DNA of 64,000 nucleotides, taken from a virus. The stretch is taken from the IMG/VR virus record IMGVR_UViG_3300020442_000008, positions 32,001-96,000 of that record. One strand, given 5' to 3'. Positions 1 to 11,238 of the stretch are shown piece after piece; position 1 is the first letter of the stretch, and each line of letters starts with the position of its first letter. The notes under the pieces were generated by a model. The model made no database searches, was not told the DNA's origin, and saw only the letters and a program-made list of their open reading frames with translations. The position numbers and the translations under genes are program-made.

Positions 1-793
1 AATCTCCTAACAAAAAATATAGTGAAAGAGAGAGAATTATAATTGTCCGTGATTTATTAAAATTGGGGTAATAGACATGAGCGCAGTTTTTTAACAAATA
101 AACAAAAGAAAATTGATTAATTATTAAAATCACCACATAATATAATGTGGACGAAGATTTAGAATTTATCAGCCCTAGGGATTACGACGAACAAACTGAT
201 GCATTTAGATTTGAGTTAGATAATTTAGTAGAAAGATTCTTAGAAGAATTTGATTTAAACACTATTACATTGGTTGGAGCATTAACAGAAAAAACAAAAG
301 AGTTGCTTGAAGTAGGGAGTATTGAATTCGAAATGGACGAAGATTTTTTTGACGAAGAGGAGGATGAACTTTGAGGCCATGGAGGGACTGTAATTCTTTA
401 GGTAAACTTTTGATTATATGCTGCTTGATTAATATGTTTTTTTGTATCGAACTCGCTATTATAGGTCACCCCTTAGCGATTTTTAGTGTTTTTTCAGCAG
501 CCTGTTGCGGGTTAGGAACTTATTCTCGCAAGGCAACAAAAGATGTGTAACATATATTTATGAAGATTGATTTAATTGATTTAATTTTTCTTGCAATTGG
601 AGCTTGGGTAGTATATTATATCTATTCCTTACAAAATGCAAATAACGAACTTCAATCTATTATTGACTCTCAAAATACAGTTCTTGAATCTCAAAGAATT
701 TATATACATGAAGTCAACAAAATGCTGGGAATCAACCCCTACTTATATCAAGAGTATTCTCAACCAAAAAAGCAGAATTTCGGACCGATCTAA

Positions 794-1243
794 ATGACAC
801 TTCAAGAATTACTAAAATCAACGAGATATAAACCTGTCTTTAATAAGGTTTACAAACATTATCTATCAGAATCATATACTGTTAGCAAAATTGAAAACAT
901 GGACACTGGATTTTTGCGAGCTTTTGATGAACTAAGAGAGATGACCCCAGAAACCCATGAAGACAAAGATGTAAGCCATTCCACGATTTACATAAAAGAG
1001 GTTCATCAAGATCAAGAAGCCTATATTGATGTATGCTTAAGAAATGAAGATGGAGACGAATACTTCTCATTGGATTTTTTACCTTGGAAATCCTTATTGC
1101 AACTTAATATTGATTCAAATATTAAATTAAATAAAGAAGAGATGATGGCCCATATTTTATGGGAGCTTACCTTTTGGGGGTTTTCTTCTGCAAGCGTAGA
1201 TGCACAAGGAAAAAAATTAATAGATATTGCCGAGGAAGATTAA
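794..1243 (+). CDS. Conserved hypothetical protein (DUF6557-like)
   Basis: 149-aa ORF with 'SLDFLPWKSLL...AHILWELTFWGF' motif, recalled from DUF6557-type proteins. Confidence 0.45.
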   Translation: MTLQELLKSTRYKPVFNKVYKHYLSESYTVSKIENMDTGFLRAFDELREMTPETHEDKDVSHSTIYIKEVHQDQEAYIDVCLRNEDGDEYFSLDFLPWKSLLQLNIDSNIKLNKEEMMAHILWELTFWGFSSASVDAQGKKLIDIAEED

Positions 1244-1855
1244 ATGCCGTACTCTCAAGCAGGACAGGATATTTTTGTTAATCATTTATTTAAAGATTCA
1301 AATAGATTTTTTTTAGATTTTGGCTGCGGGGATGGCATAAACAAACCATGCGGAAACAATACTATGTTTCTAGAGCAAATGGGTTGGAATGGAATCTCTA
1401 TTGACATAAACCCCGATTATATAAATAGATTTAATCAGACGAGAAAAACAAAAGCGTATTGTATTGACTTAACAAAAGTAGATATCGTTAAAACAATGGA
1501 AGAGATTGGTTGCCCAAAATCTATAGATTACTTTTCATTTGATATCGATGATGCAACCTTGCAAGTTTTAAATAATTTCCCTTTTGATTATTTTGAGTTT
1601 AAGTTTATCACCTTTGAGCACGATTTATATAGAGGACAGTATGCTTTAAAGGCGTTTTCCAACAAACTTTTTGAAGATCAAGGCTATAGATTACTATTTG
1701 AAAATGTTTCCTTTTCTGGAGTAAGAGATAACCAATTAGTGGCAGTAGAAGATTGGTACATTAATCCAAAGTTTTTTGATTACCCGTGTATTAAAAAAGG
1801 AGCGGACTCAAGATCTTTGATATATGAGTACGAAAAATTTAAAAATTCAATATGA
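1244..1855 (+). CDS. FkbM-like SAM-dependent methyltransferase
   Basis: N-terminal YSQAGQD, SAM-binding FLDFGCGDG, NNT, GWNGISID, IDYFSFDID, FEHD motifs. Confidence 0.75.
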   Translation: MPYSQAGQDIFVNHLFKDSNRFFLDFGCGDGINKPCGNNTMFLEQMGWNGISIDINPDYINRFNQTRKTKAYCIDLTKVDIVKTMEEIGCPKSIDYFSFDIDDATLQVLNNFPFDYFEFKFITFEHDLYRGQYALKAFSNKLFEDQGYRLLFENVSFSGVRDNQLVAVEDWYINPKFFDYPCIKKGADSRSLIYEYEKFKNSI

Positions 1856-2901
1856 AAAAAATAATTATCACAGGAGTAACAGGTCAAGATGGAAGTCATA
1901 TGGCAGACTATTTACTGAAAAATACAAACCATAAGATATATGGAGCAGTAAGAAGACTTAGCGTTAAAAATCATGAGAATATTTTACATTTAGAAAACGA
2001 ACCTAGGTTTAATTTAATTGATATGGATTTAAATGACGCGCACAGCATAAGGGATGTTGTTCTGGACATAAAGCCTGACTATTTTATTAATTTTGCAGCG
2101 CAATCTTTTGTTGCAGGAAGTTGGAAGTACCCGATTCAAACATGGGATACAGATGCAAACGCTGTTCTACATATATTAGAATCTATTCGTAGATTTTCTC
2201 CGCATTGTAGATTTTATAATGCGGGCTCCTCAGAAGAATTTGGAGATGTAGCATATTCACCTCAAGACGAAAAGCATCCCTTATTACCTCAATCTCCTTA
2301 CGGGGCAGCAAAATGCGCCGCTAGACATATTGTAAGGGTTTATAAAGAGTCTTATGGCTTATACGCCGTCCAGGGTTGGCTTTTTAACCATGAAGGAGTG
2401 AGGAGAGGGCTCGACTTCGTCACAAGGAAAATTTCGGATGCTGTAGCAAAAATTAAATTTTCGATTGTAAATAATTTAGAACTACCTTGTTTTGAATTAG
2501 GCAATCTAGAAGCTCAAAGAGACTGGAGCGATGCAGAGGATTTTATGGAGGGGGTTTGGTTAATGATGAATCAAGATCGTCCATTTAATTATGTACTCGC
2601 AAGTGGTGAGATGCATACGATTAGGGAGTTTGTGGATGAGTGCTTTAAGTGTGCAGGGATCGATGGTTCTTGGAAATTTCAAAATGGTTCAAATAAACCA
2701 GAGGATGAAGTTTTTATGAAAGATACTGGAGAAATTTTACTTAAAATCAATCCTAAATTTTATAGACCAGCAGAAGTGCATGAATTATGTGGAGACCCAA
2801 GATTGGCAGAATCTGAATTACATTGGAAGAGGAAGACCGACTTTAAAGGTCTGGTTCAAAAAATGTATGAACATGATGAGCGGAAACACTTTAATAAATG
2901 A
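1852..2901 (+). CDS. gmd: GDP-mannose 4,6-dehydratase
   Basis: ITGVTGQDGS, AAQSFV, SSEEFG, SPYGAAK, FNHE, FVTRKI, LGNLEAQRDW, RPAEV signatures. Confidence 0.97.
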   Translation: MKKIIITGVTGQDGSHMADYLLKNTNHKIYGAVRRLSVKNHENILHLENEPRFNLIDMDLNDAHSIRDVVLDIKPDYFINFAAQSFVAGSWKYPIQTWDTDANAVLHILESIRRFSPHCRFYNAGSSEEFGDVAYSPQDEKHPLLPQSPYGAAKCAARHIVRVYKESYGLYAVQGWLFNHEGVRRGLDFVTRKISDAVAKIKFSIVNNLELPCFELGNLEAQRDWSDAEDFMEGVWLMMNQDRPFNYVLASGEMHTIREFVDECFKCAGIDGSWKFQNGSNKPEDEVFMKDTGEILLKINPKFYRPAEVHELCGDPRLAESELHWKRKTDFKGLVQKMYEHDERKHFNK

Positions 2902-3832
2902 GAGAATTTTCATTGCAGGACACAAAGGTATGGTTGGTTCTGCACTCTGGAGGCGTTTAAAAGATTACGATGTTATTACGCTAGATAAATCTAAATTAGA
3001 TTTAATTAATCAACAGTCTGTTGAGGAGTTTTTTGCAGAGTATAAGCCAACTATGGTGGTGAATTGCGCAGCAAAAGTCGGAGGAATCCTAGCAAATAAT
3101 TCCTTCAAAGGTGAATTCATTTTTAATAATTTACAAATTTCAGCAAACATCATCAACCAATCGCACAAACATGGGGTAAAGAAATTAATTAACCTAGGAT
3201 CATCTTGTATATATCCCAAGCAGTGCGAAATCCCCATAGTTGAAGAGTCTCTCTTAAGTGGAAAGCTAGAACCCACAAACGAACCGTATGCAATAGCTAA
3301 AATAGCAGCATTAAAAACCTGTGAGAGTTATTTTTATCAATATGGAAGCAACTTCTACTCATTAATGCCTTGTAATCTTTATGGTTTTGGAGATAATTTT
3401 GACCTAGAGACATCTCATGTTTTACCAGCGTTAATGAGAAAGATAGACCACGCAAAGCGCAATAATATAAATTGTGTTGAGATCTGGGGTTCGGGAAAAC
3501 CCTTGAGGGAATTCTTATTTGTAGACGATTTAGCGGAGGCGATTGAATTTTGCTTAATTAATATTGATGCGGAAAATATCTATTCCCAAGGGGTGTCACA
3601 TTTAAATTGTGGCTCAGAAGAAGAGGTTTCAATTATGGAATTGGTTTATTTAATATCTGATGTTATTGGATATAAGGGAGATTTTTCTTTCGATTCCTCA
3701 AAACCAGACGGGACTTTTAGAAAAAAAATGGATAACTCTAGGATGACTGACTCTGGATTCACAGCCAGAACAAAACTAAAAGATGGACTAAAGATGACAT
3801 ACAAGTGGTTCAAAGAATTAAATTTATCTTGA
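2873..3832 (+). CDS. fcl: GDP-L-fucose synthase
   Basis: IAGHKGMVGSA, AAKVGGI, LGSSCIYPK, LEPTNEPYAIAKIA, MPCNLYG, SHVLPAL, WGSGKPLREFL, KPDGT; start moved to ATG 2873/2876, overlapping the gmd end. Confidence 0.95.
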   Translation: MMSGNTLINERIFIAGHKGMVGSALWRRLKDYDVITLDKSKLDLINQQSVEEFFAEYKPTMVVNCAAKVGGILANNSFKGEFIFNNLQISANIINQSHKHGVKKLINLGSSCIYPKQCEIPIVEESLLSGKLEPTNEPYAIAKIAALKTCESYFYQYGSNFYSLMPCNLYGFGDNFDLETSHVLPALMRKIDHAKRNNINCVEIWGSGKPLREFLFVDDLAEAIEFCLINIDAENIYSQGVSHLNCGSEEEVSIMELVYLISDVIGYKGDFSFDSSKPDGTFRKKMDNSRMTDSGFTARTKLKDGLKMTYKWFKELNLS

Positions 3833-3863
3833 CAAAATTGAGTTTTTAGTTCATATTAATACT

Positions 3864-4031
3864 ATGAACGAAAGACAAAAGCGTTATCTTAAAACGAAGA
3901 AAGGGCAGGAAGCTCAGAAAAAAGCTCAGAAAAAGTATGACGAAAATAATCTCGAAAAAAGACGAGAACAAAAACGTGAGTACATGAGAAGAAAAAGAGC
4001 AGAAGACCCTAATTACTGCAAATGGAAATAA
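3864..4031 (+). CDS. Small basic hypothetical protein (55 aa, missing from ORF track)
   Basis: MNERQKRYLKTKKGQEAQKK...YMRRKRAEDPNYCKWK; ATG lies 35 nt after TTGACA at 3829. Confidence 0.65.
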   Translation: MNERQKRYLKTKKGQEAQKKAQKKYDENNLEKRREQKREYMRRKRAEDPNYCKWK

Positions 4032-4033
4032 TC

Positions 4034-4516
4034 ATGAAATATATTATTATATTTATATTGTTCTCTGCTTGCGTGGGGTTTGCATTTGAAGAGTCAATGC
4101 CAACTTATGATATGTATTCTCAAGATGTCAGAGACGAATACAGTCAATATCTAAGAGAGCAAGAACATTTAGTGCTACTATCGATGTTGGATAGTTTTAC
4201 AGATAAAGGTTTTTCCTATGTTGTCATCCACGATTCCGTAGAAACAGAGTATCCAAGCTGGAGGTATTCGGAATGGCTTGGTTATTTTTATCAATCAAAT
4301 TCGATTTGGGTCTTTCACCCAAAACTGCAATGGGTTTATCCATATGCAACCCATAATGGATTTTGGCTATGGGTAGAATCTATCGGCTGGATTTGGACGA
4401 ATAAAGATTGCTACCCGTTTTTTTGCAGGGAAAATGGAGAGAAGCTATACTTATATGACACAGAAGGGAGTGCGATCTTTTACTGCTACAGTTCGCAGGA
4501 TTTAATAAAATTGTAG
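4034..4516 (+). CDS. Secreted protein with Trp-rich domain (Opitutae-like)
   Basis: Signal-peptide-like N-terminus; SEWLGYFY-WVFHPKLQWVY-GFWLW-IGWIWTN-YPF pattern. Confidence 0.6.
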   Translation: MKYIIIFILFSACVGFAFEESMPTYDMYSQDVRDEYSQYLREQEHLVLLSMLDSFTDKGFSYVVIHDSVETEYPSWRYSEWLGYFYQSNSIWVFHPKLQWVYPYATHNGFWLWVESIGWIWTNKDCYPFFCRENGEKLYLYDTEGSAIFYCYSSQDLIKL

Positions 4517-4553
4517 TTTTTTAATACTAATGTGTAATATATTTGCACAGATT

Positions 4554-6824
4554 ATGAAAATATTACTACTGACCTTACTATCTTTTAGCACCTGTTTTGC
4601 AGGCGAGCTTTACTTTAATAACGGAAAAAATCTTAAAGCGGATATACTTGAAGCCAACTCGACTCATGCCTTAATAGAGAGGTGGGAAGATGGGCAACTT
4701 TTTAGAATTAAAATCAATTCATTAACAAAAGATAATCAGGCTTATATTAAAAATAATTTCCCTCCGAGCCACGAAGCTCTTCCAAAATTCAAAAAACCTC
4801 TATCAAGTGACCAATTAAACAGGCACTCGGCTTTTATAGATAGATTAATAGAAACAAAACTAAGATCATATAACCAAAGGCCAAATAAGGATATCAATGA
4901 TGAGATTTTTGTAAGAAGGGCTTACTTAAAAATAATCGGAAGAACACCTTCATTGAAAGAATTTGATAATTTTATTAACAACAGAGATTCAAATAAAAGA
5001 GCTAAATTAATTGACGAGCTATTGGGTAGTGAGGGTTATGTCAGTAATTGGTTTAACTTTTGGGCAGATATATTACGGATTAAAGACAGGCTAAATAATA
5101 GAATATCTGGAATACCTTATAAAAATTATGTTAAGCAATTCATATCAGATAACCGACCCTATGATGTTTGGGTTAGGGAAATGCTATCTTCCTCCGGACC
5201 GCTCTGGGTAGAAGGCAACGAGGGTGTTAGTTATTTTGCTAGGGATGTAAATATGCCTTTGGACAATATGGCAAATACTGTTAGAATTTTTCTAGGGACA
5301 AGCTTGGAGTGCGCTCAGTGCCACGATCACCCTTTTGATCGCTGGACTCAAAAACAGTTTTATGAAATGGCGGCTTTTACAAGCGGTTCAACCAATTTAA
5401 GATTAAAACGGGAGAGCAACTTAAATGAATTAAATAAATTAGTGAGAGAAGAAAGGAGAAAGCTGGAGCAGGCTGAAGAACCACAGAAGTCGCGTCAATT
5501 ACAAAATGCAGTAAGAGATATTGAAGACATCCTAGGTACAGGACTAACAAGTCTTGGAAATGGTAAAATTAATTTACCTAAAGATTATCAATACGATAAT
5601 GCAAAACCAAACGAATCTTTGACTGGAAAAACTATTTTCGGAAAGGAGATAGATATAAAAACATATGCTCCCGAAGCAGGCTCTAGAGAAACATACGCTA
5701 ATTGGCTTGCCTCGGACTCAAACCCTAGGTTTACTGCCGTGATTGTCAATAGGCTTTGGAAGGAAGTTTTTGGCTTGGCGCTGATTGAGCCATTGGATAA
5801 TATGTTTGATGACACATTAGCCACAGACCCTACTTTACAACTGCATTTAGAAAAGGTAATGGTTGCATTGGATTATGACTTGAAAGAATTCTTAAGAGTC
5901 TTATATAACACAAAAACTTTTCAAAGAGAAGCTGTCGCAAGGGATGTCATACCAAAAGATAATAAAGACACGCAAATGCCTGTAGATGTACAATGGATAA
6001 TAGCTGGACCAAATATCGAAAAACAATCCCAAAATGCAGTACCTTACTTTTATCAAGGGCCAATGCTCGAAAGAATGAGCGGGGAACAGATTTGGGACTC
6101 TCTTGTGAATTTAACATTCAGTAATATTGACTCTCGCAAATTAGAACAAAACACAAAAGGTTATGAAAATTTTAGAAATTTTTCAGAAATGAGCGGGGAA
6201 GATTTATTTAATCAAGTTATGGCAAAGATTAATAAAACAGAAAAACCAAATAATCCAAATAAGACAAAGTTTTCTAAACCGATTAATACAGATTGCCCCA
6301 TAAAGCCAGGGAGAGCGATTGACCCAACCCTTCTTGCCCTCAATGAGAACGGAGAAACAGTTGCTTTTTGCTGTGAATCTTGCGTGGACAAATATAAATC
6401 CCAACAAGACGCAAAAAAACAAGAATACCGAAAGAACTTCGTAAAAGATCGTAACTCTGTAAGAGCATCAGAACTACCTTCTCCTGCTCCTATTGGACAT
6501 CTAATTCGTGAGTTCGGCGGGTCGGATAGGGAGCAGATAGAAAATTCAGATAAAAGCGCTTCAGCAACGCAGGTTTTGAATTTAATTAATGGCTTTGTGG
6601 AAACGAGATTACTCAAGAATAAAAATTTTGAAATAATAAAAGCAATAGAATCCAAGAAGACATTAAAAGATAAAGTTGAAGTAGGTTATAAATATATACT
6701 AAGCAGAGAACCAACTTCTCAAGAATTAAGAATTTTTACGGAGAATTTGAAAAACCAAAAAGATGAATATAAAGAAATAATTTGGGCGTTAATTAACACC
6801 CATGAATTTATGTTCGTTAAGTAA
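4554..6824 (+). CDS. DUF1549/DUF1553 (PSCyt2/PSD1) domain protein with CxxCH motif
   Basis: Signal peptide; FIDRLI, FVRRAYLKIIGRTP, FLGTSLECAQCHDHPFDRWTQKQFYEMAAF, NPRF-VNRLWKEVFG-EPLD, DYDLKEF, WALINTHEFMF. Confidence 0.9.
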   Translation: MKILLLTLLSFSTCFAGELYFNNGKNLKADILEANSTHALIERWEDGQLFRIKINSLTKDNQAYIKNNFPPSHEALPKFKKPLSSDQLNRHSAFIDRLIETKLRSYNQRPNKDINDEIFVRRAYLKIIGRTPSLKEFDNFINNRDSNKRAKLIDELLGSEGYVSNWFNFWADILRIKDRLNNRISGIPYKNYVKQFISDNRPYDVWVREMLSSSGPLWVEGNEGVSYFARDVNMPLDNMANTVRIFLGTSLECAQCHDHPFDRWTQKQFYEMAAFTSGSTNLRLKRESNLNELNKLVREERRKLEQAEEPQKSRQLQNAVRDIEDILGTGLTSLGNGKINLPKDYQYDNAKPNESLTGKTIFGKEIDIKTYAPEAGSRETYANWLASDSNPRFTAVIVNRLWKEVFGLALIEPLDNMFDDTLATDPTLQLHLEKVMVALDYDLKEFLRVLYNTKTFQREAVARDVIPKDNKDTQMPVDVQWIIAGPNIEKQSQNAVPYFYQGPMLERMSGEQIWDSLVNLTFSNIDSRKLEQNTKGYENFRNFSEMSGEDLFNQVMAKINKTEKPNNPNKTKFSKPINTDCPIKPGRAIDPTLLALNENGETVAFCCESCVDKYKSQQDAKKQEYRKNFVKDRNSVRASELPSPAPIGHLIREFGGSDREQIENSDKSASATQVLNLINGFVETRLLKNKNFEIIKAIESKKTLKDKVEVGYKYILSREPTSQELRIFTENLKNQKDEYKEIIWALINTHEFMFVK

Positions 6825-6883
6825 AGCGCAAGAAATACACAATATATCTTGACTTTTGCATAAAATTGTGTAATAATATTACT

Positions 6884-8176
6884 ATGAAACATAGTAGTAT
6901 AGATGAACTTGGCAGAAGAGAATTCATAGCTCATGCAGCAAAAGCCTGTTTGGGCGTAGGCTTAATGCCTATGGCAGGAAATTTTATACATGACAGCGTT
7001 CAAGCCTTAACTCCAGGGGCTAGAGTACCCACGGCTCGTCATGTTATATATTTAAATATGGCTGGAGCAATGTCTCACTTAGATACTTTTGGACCGAAAC
7101 CAGATGCTCCAGATATTCAAGGTCCGACAAAATCTATAGCAACAAGCGCAGATGGAGTGATTTTATCTGAAAATTTACCCAAAACTGCACAAATAATGCA
7201 TAATGCAGCGATCATAAAAACCATGAACACAAGCCAAGGTGCGCATGAGCAAGCGAGCTACCTTATGCATACATCTTATCTTAAAAGAGGAACTATTGTT
7301 CACCCAACTTTTGGTAGCTGGGTTTCGAAACTTTCGGGTTCTCTTAATAAAACAATTCCAGCTAATGTAAAAATTGGCGGAGGTGGGGGTGGTGCAGGCT
7401 TCCTAGAATCTAAATATGGAGCTTTACCTATTAATAACCCAAAGTCTGGATTAGCAAATAGCAAAATGGCATCCTATTTAGATCAAGAGCACTTTCAAGG
7501 GAGGATATCGATAACAGAAGCTTTAAATGAAAACTTTGCAACAGATTTCCCGCAAAAACAAATTAGAGCTTATTCTGATTTATATAAAGATGCAATTAAG
7601 TTAATGAATAGTGACGATCTGAATGCTTTTGATATTACAAAAGAATCAGAAATGACATCTAGTTTGTATGGTACAACAAATTTCGGCCAAGGTTGTCTTC
7701 TTGCAAGAAGGCTTGTGGAGAATGGTGTGAGGTATGTTGAGGTCACCAGAGGCGGTTGGGATACCCATGATAATAATTTTGAGAGGGTTGCGGCTAATTG
7801 CGCAGATATAGACCAAGCATTGAGCGGTTTATTAATTGACTTAGATCGCAGGGGGCTTTTGTCGGAAACTTTAGTGGTGTTAACTTCTGAATTTGGTAGA
7901 ACTCCAAACATTAACGGCAGAGACGGAAGAGATCATTGGCCTTACTGTTTTACGGCTTTCTTAGCTGGAGGCGGGGTAAAAGGAGGAATCACTTACGGAG
8001 AAACTGATAAGACGGGAAGGTCGCCAATTGACGGGAGACCCGTTAAGCCAGCGGATCTAAATGCTACTATTGCATATGCACTAGGGTTGTCATTAAATAG
8101 CTTTCAATATTCTCCATCAGGAAGGCCATTTACGATTGCACACAAAGGAGAACCATTAACAGAGATTTTATCATAA
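6884..8176 (+). CDS. DUF1501 family protein with Tat signal
   Basis: GRREFI Tat motif; VIYLNMAGAMSHLDTF, FGQGCLLARRLVENGVRYVEV, GGWDTH, SEFGRTP, GRDHWP, AGGGVKGG. Confidence 0.92.
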   Translation: MKHSSIDELGRREFIAHAAKACLGVGLMPMAGNFIHDSVQALTPGARVPTARHVIYLNMAGAMSHLDTFGPKPDAPDIQGPTKSIATSADGVILSENLPKTAQIMHNAAIIKTMNTSQGAHEQASYLMHTSYLKRGTIVHPTFGSWVSKLSGSLNKTIPANVKIGGGGGGAGFLESKYGALPINNPKSGLANSKMASYLDQEHFQGRISITEALNENFATDFPQKQIRAYSDLYKDAIKLMNSDDLNAFDITKESEMTSSLYGTTNFGQGCLLARRLVENGVRYVEVTRGGWDTHDNNFERVAANCADIDQALSGLLIDLDRRGLLSETLVVLTSEFGRTPNINGRDGRDHWPYCFTAFLAGGGVKGGITYGETDKTGRSPIDGRPVKPADLNATIAYALGLSLNSFQYSPSGRPFTIAHKGEPLTEILS

Positions 8177-8826
8177 TGAAAAAAAAGGTAACCAAAATTG
8201 ACCTAACAGAGGAAATACGAGCAGCTTTGCTCGCAGAGCAAGGTTTCGAAGAAGAAATTTCCGAGGAAGCTTTTGCTGAAGAAAAAAATAAAGGAAAAAA
8301 ATTAAATAAACCCTTTAGAACCCCAGGTGGGCCAAAGAAATTTTCAGTCTATGTTAAGAATGAAAAAGGTAATGTTGTAAAAGTGAACTTCGGCGATCCA
8401 AATATGGAAATTAAAAGAGACAATCCAGAAAGAAGAAAGTCTTTTAGGGCTAGGCATAATTGCGACAACCCAGGTCCGAAGACCAAAGCAAAGTATTGGT
8501 CATGCAAAATGTGGAGCAAAAAACCTGTAAGTAAAGTTTCTAGCAGTCAAGATTTCGAAGATCAAATACTTGATATGCTCGATGAATCTGATAGCAAGCA
8601 AGGGCTTTGGGATAATATCCGAAAAAAGAAAAAAAGAGAAGGTAAGAACTATAGACCCGCGAAACCTGGGGATAAAGATAGACCTTCAAAAGAAGCATAC
8701 GAAAAAGCACAGAAACCAAAGAAAAAATCTAAAGCTTTTGAAACCTGCGACTCTTGCAAAAACCCGAAATCTTGCTCAGAAGCAGGACACTGCGAGAAGT
8801 CAAAGGCGAAAAAGAAGAAATATTAA
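8176..8826 (+). CDS. Conserved basic phage protein (FRARHNC family, DUF6321-like)
   Basis: LNKPFRTPGGPKKFSVYV, VNFGDP, RRKSFRARHNC, YWSCKMW plus GLWDNIR module. Confidence 0.65.
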   Translation: MKKKVTKIDLTEEIRAALLAEQGFEEEISEEAFAEEKNKGKKLNKPFRTPGGPKKFSVYVKNEKGNVVKVNFGDPNMEIKRDNPERRKSFRARHNCDNPGPKTKAKYWSCKMWSKKPVSKVSSSQDFEDQILDMLDESDSKQGLWDNIRKKKKREGKNYRPAKPGDKDRPSKEAYEKAQKPKKKSKAFETCDSCKNPKSCSEAGHCEKSKAKKKKY

Positions 8827-9991
8827 GTGTAACATAGTATGTGTTAAGGTATTTATTAATTCTTTTGCTATTCAGTAGTTGTTCAACAAAAGAATACTTA
8901 ACGCCAGAAATTACAGCCCTCAAGGAAGAAGATAGGGATTGGGTTCAAGTTTATCGCCATGAAATGAAAGTGGCGATGGAGCATGATGATGAAGTCGCTT
9001 GGCATTTTTTCTTTTGGGAACTTTTGAAAGAAAAGTCTCGAATTTACGAAAAATCTATTGACAAATAACACTCATTGTGGTATAGTTATTTCATGTTAAC
9101 AGGCGTACTTAAAACTAGAGACGGAGAATACAAATATAGCCTAGATGTTAATGAAGATGAATTAATTAATATCTATATAAAAGAGTTAATTTTGTATTGG
9201 TGTGAAAAAAACCATCCCGATGTCGTAAGTAAAATAGAATCAAACATAAAAGAGTTAATTTTAAAAGAAAATGAAAATTAAAAAAAAATTAAAAAATGCA
9301 GAGTTTGAATACGATGAAGAAACTAAAAAGTTTTTAATAATAGATAGTGAAGATGGGAGTGCTATTGAATTAAATAAAGTATATGCATTCGCATTTATGC
9401 GGTTCGTGATTCGCATGGCACAAAGAAATTGGCTTAAAACCAAAAAAAATGTTGACAAACATGAGCCAAATATAGTATCATTAATAGATAATGAAGAAAT
9501 CAATCCAAACCAGACCACCATTCAATGGACTCAAGAAGTATCTACAGAACCCTGCACATCCAATGAGTCAGTTTAAAGCATTTATGTTAAATATAAATTC
9601 ATTCAATTTGGTACACGCCTCAGAAGTAGAAGAGTTTTTTTATGAAAAAAATGATGAAGCTGTAGAGGAAGGTGAAGTCGTAGGTATAGAAATAGAGAAT
9701 GAAGACACAGTAGATATTGTTTTGTTTTCGGATATTTATTTTAGCCAACAAAATTTTTAGTAAAATGGAAAGACTTTGGGAATATAGGATCAAATATAAT
9801 CCCGGGGCTGGACACTCCGTCACAGACAGTTATCACTATTATAACGCAGAGAGTGCTTGTGTTGCTTTGAAATATCATGAATACATGATGGAAAGACATG
9901 GATTTAGAGCACAGATTCTTTCCGTAGAAAGAAAGTGCCCTTACGCAAATAAGTGGATCGATGAGACAGATTTACTGAAAGAAAATAGCGA

Positions 9992-10615
9992 ATGAGTTTT
10001 GACCAAATAATAAAAAATCAATCCTTCAAGGGAGACCCAAATAAGCACAAAGGAAAAATAGATGATAATGCTTTAGGCTTTGCTTGGAGACCTAATCAAA
10101 AAAAACGCTCATTGCTAATCAAAAACTGCCAAATAAATGCTAATGGCGTTGCAGAGGGGTTAAAGCTTTCATATATGCACGATGTACTAGTGCAAGATTG
10201 CGAAATAATAGGCGGGTATGAAGATTGCGTAGATATAGTAAGAGGAGGCAACATAACTTTCGAGAATTGTATTTTTATTTCTAATGGAACAAAACATCAC
10301 TTTACCATTAAATGTCAGGTTGAAAATGTCAAAATTGTGAATTGTATTTTTCGAAATAATTTTAATAAAATATGGGATGGAGCATTCGTTGATATGGGTA
10401 ATTGGTCAGATTATGATATAAAAGACCTTCCAAAAACGAAAGGAATTGAAATAATTAATTGCACTTTTGAAAATGTGTCTTGGTGGAAAAAAATCCTAAC
10501 TAGAAGGCTTTACGCAGAGAACGCTATCGTAAAAAATACATCAGGGTTTAATCTAAAAATACCAAATATATTTATTAATTTATTCTGGAACCATCAAAGG
10601 TATTTAAATAAATGA
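9992..10615 (+). CDS. Right-handed parallel beta-helix protein
   Basis: Repeated 'I.NC.I', 'EDCVDI', 'ITFENCIF', 'IINCTFEN' rungs. Confidence 0.6.
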   Translation: MSFDQIIKNQSFKGDPNKHKGKIDDNALGFAWRPNQKKRSLLIKNCQINANGVAEGLKLSYMHDVLVQDCEIIGGYEDCVDIVRGGNITFENCIFISNGTKHHFTIKCQVENVKIVNCIFRNNFNKIWDGAFVDMGNWSDYDIKDLPKTKGIEIINCTFENVSWWKKILTRRLYAENAIVKNTSGFNLKIPNIFINLFWNHQRYLNK

Positions 10616-11238
10616 ACCTTAAACAAGAACTAAAGAAAGCTAGAAGCGGAGAGTCCAACTTAATAGAGTTTACGGCAGACCCCAAACTATTAGTCCCTTA
10701 CTCAAGAATTAGAGTCACGGAAGATCCATCGTACCCTGGTGCTTTTCCAAAAATTCATAGGAGTCCGTATTCAAATAATAAACTATTAATAGGCAAATAT
10801 GTTTCTATTGCAGAGGGTGTACAATTTTTGATAGGCTCAAACCATGATTGGGAGAGGGTTACGACATATTTGAGCTTTTGCATTGAAAGCGGTATGTTAG
10901 ATGAAGGGTCTATGACTTCATCTGGAAATATTATAATAGGAAATGATGTCTTAATAGGAACAAATGCGGTTATTATGGATGGAGTATCTATTGGTGATGG
11001 GGCGGTTATAGGTGCGTGTGCGGTTGTAACTAAGGATGTTGACCCTTATACTATTGTAGGGGGAGTACCCGCAAAATTTATTAAAAAAAGATTTAATGAA
11101 GAAATAATTAAAAAATTATTAAAACTGCAATGGTGGAACATTGAGGAAGAAATATTAAATGAATTTTCAGATTTATTATTCTCAAGAGATATTAACTCAT
11201 TTATAGCAAATATAGAAAACCTTTTATCGCCACCTTAG
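10612..11238 (+). CDS. CatB/Vat-like hexapeptide O-acetyltransferase
   Basis: [56 protein letters not shown]. Confidence 0.85.
   Translation: MNLKQELKKARSGESNLIEFTADPKLLVPYSRIRVTEDPSYPGAFPKIHRSPYSNNKLLIGKYVSIAEGVQFLIGSNHDWERVTTYLSFCIESGMLDEGSMTSSGNIIIGNDVLIGTNAVIMDGVSIGDGAVIGACAVVTKDVDPYTIVGGVPAKFIKKRFNEEIIKKLLKLQWWNIEEEILNEFSDLLFSRDINSFIANIENLLSPP

Noticed and set aside
2780-2872. N-terminal extension of fcl in the ORF track
   Set aside because: Overlaps conserved gmd coding sequence; Fcl homology starts near ERIFIAGH
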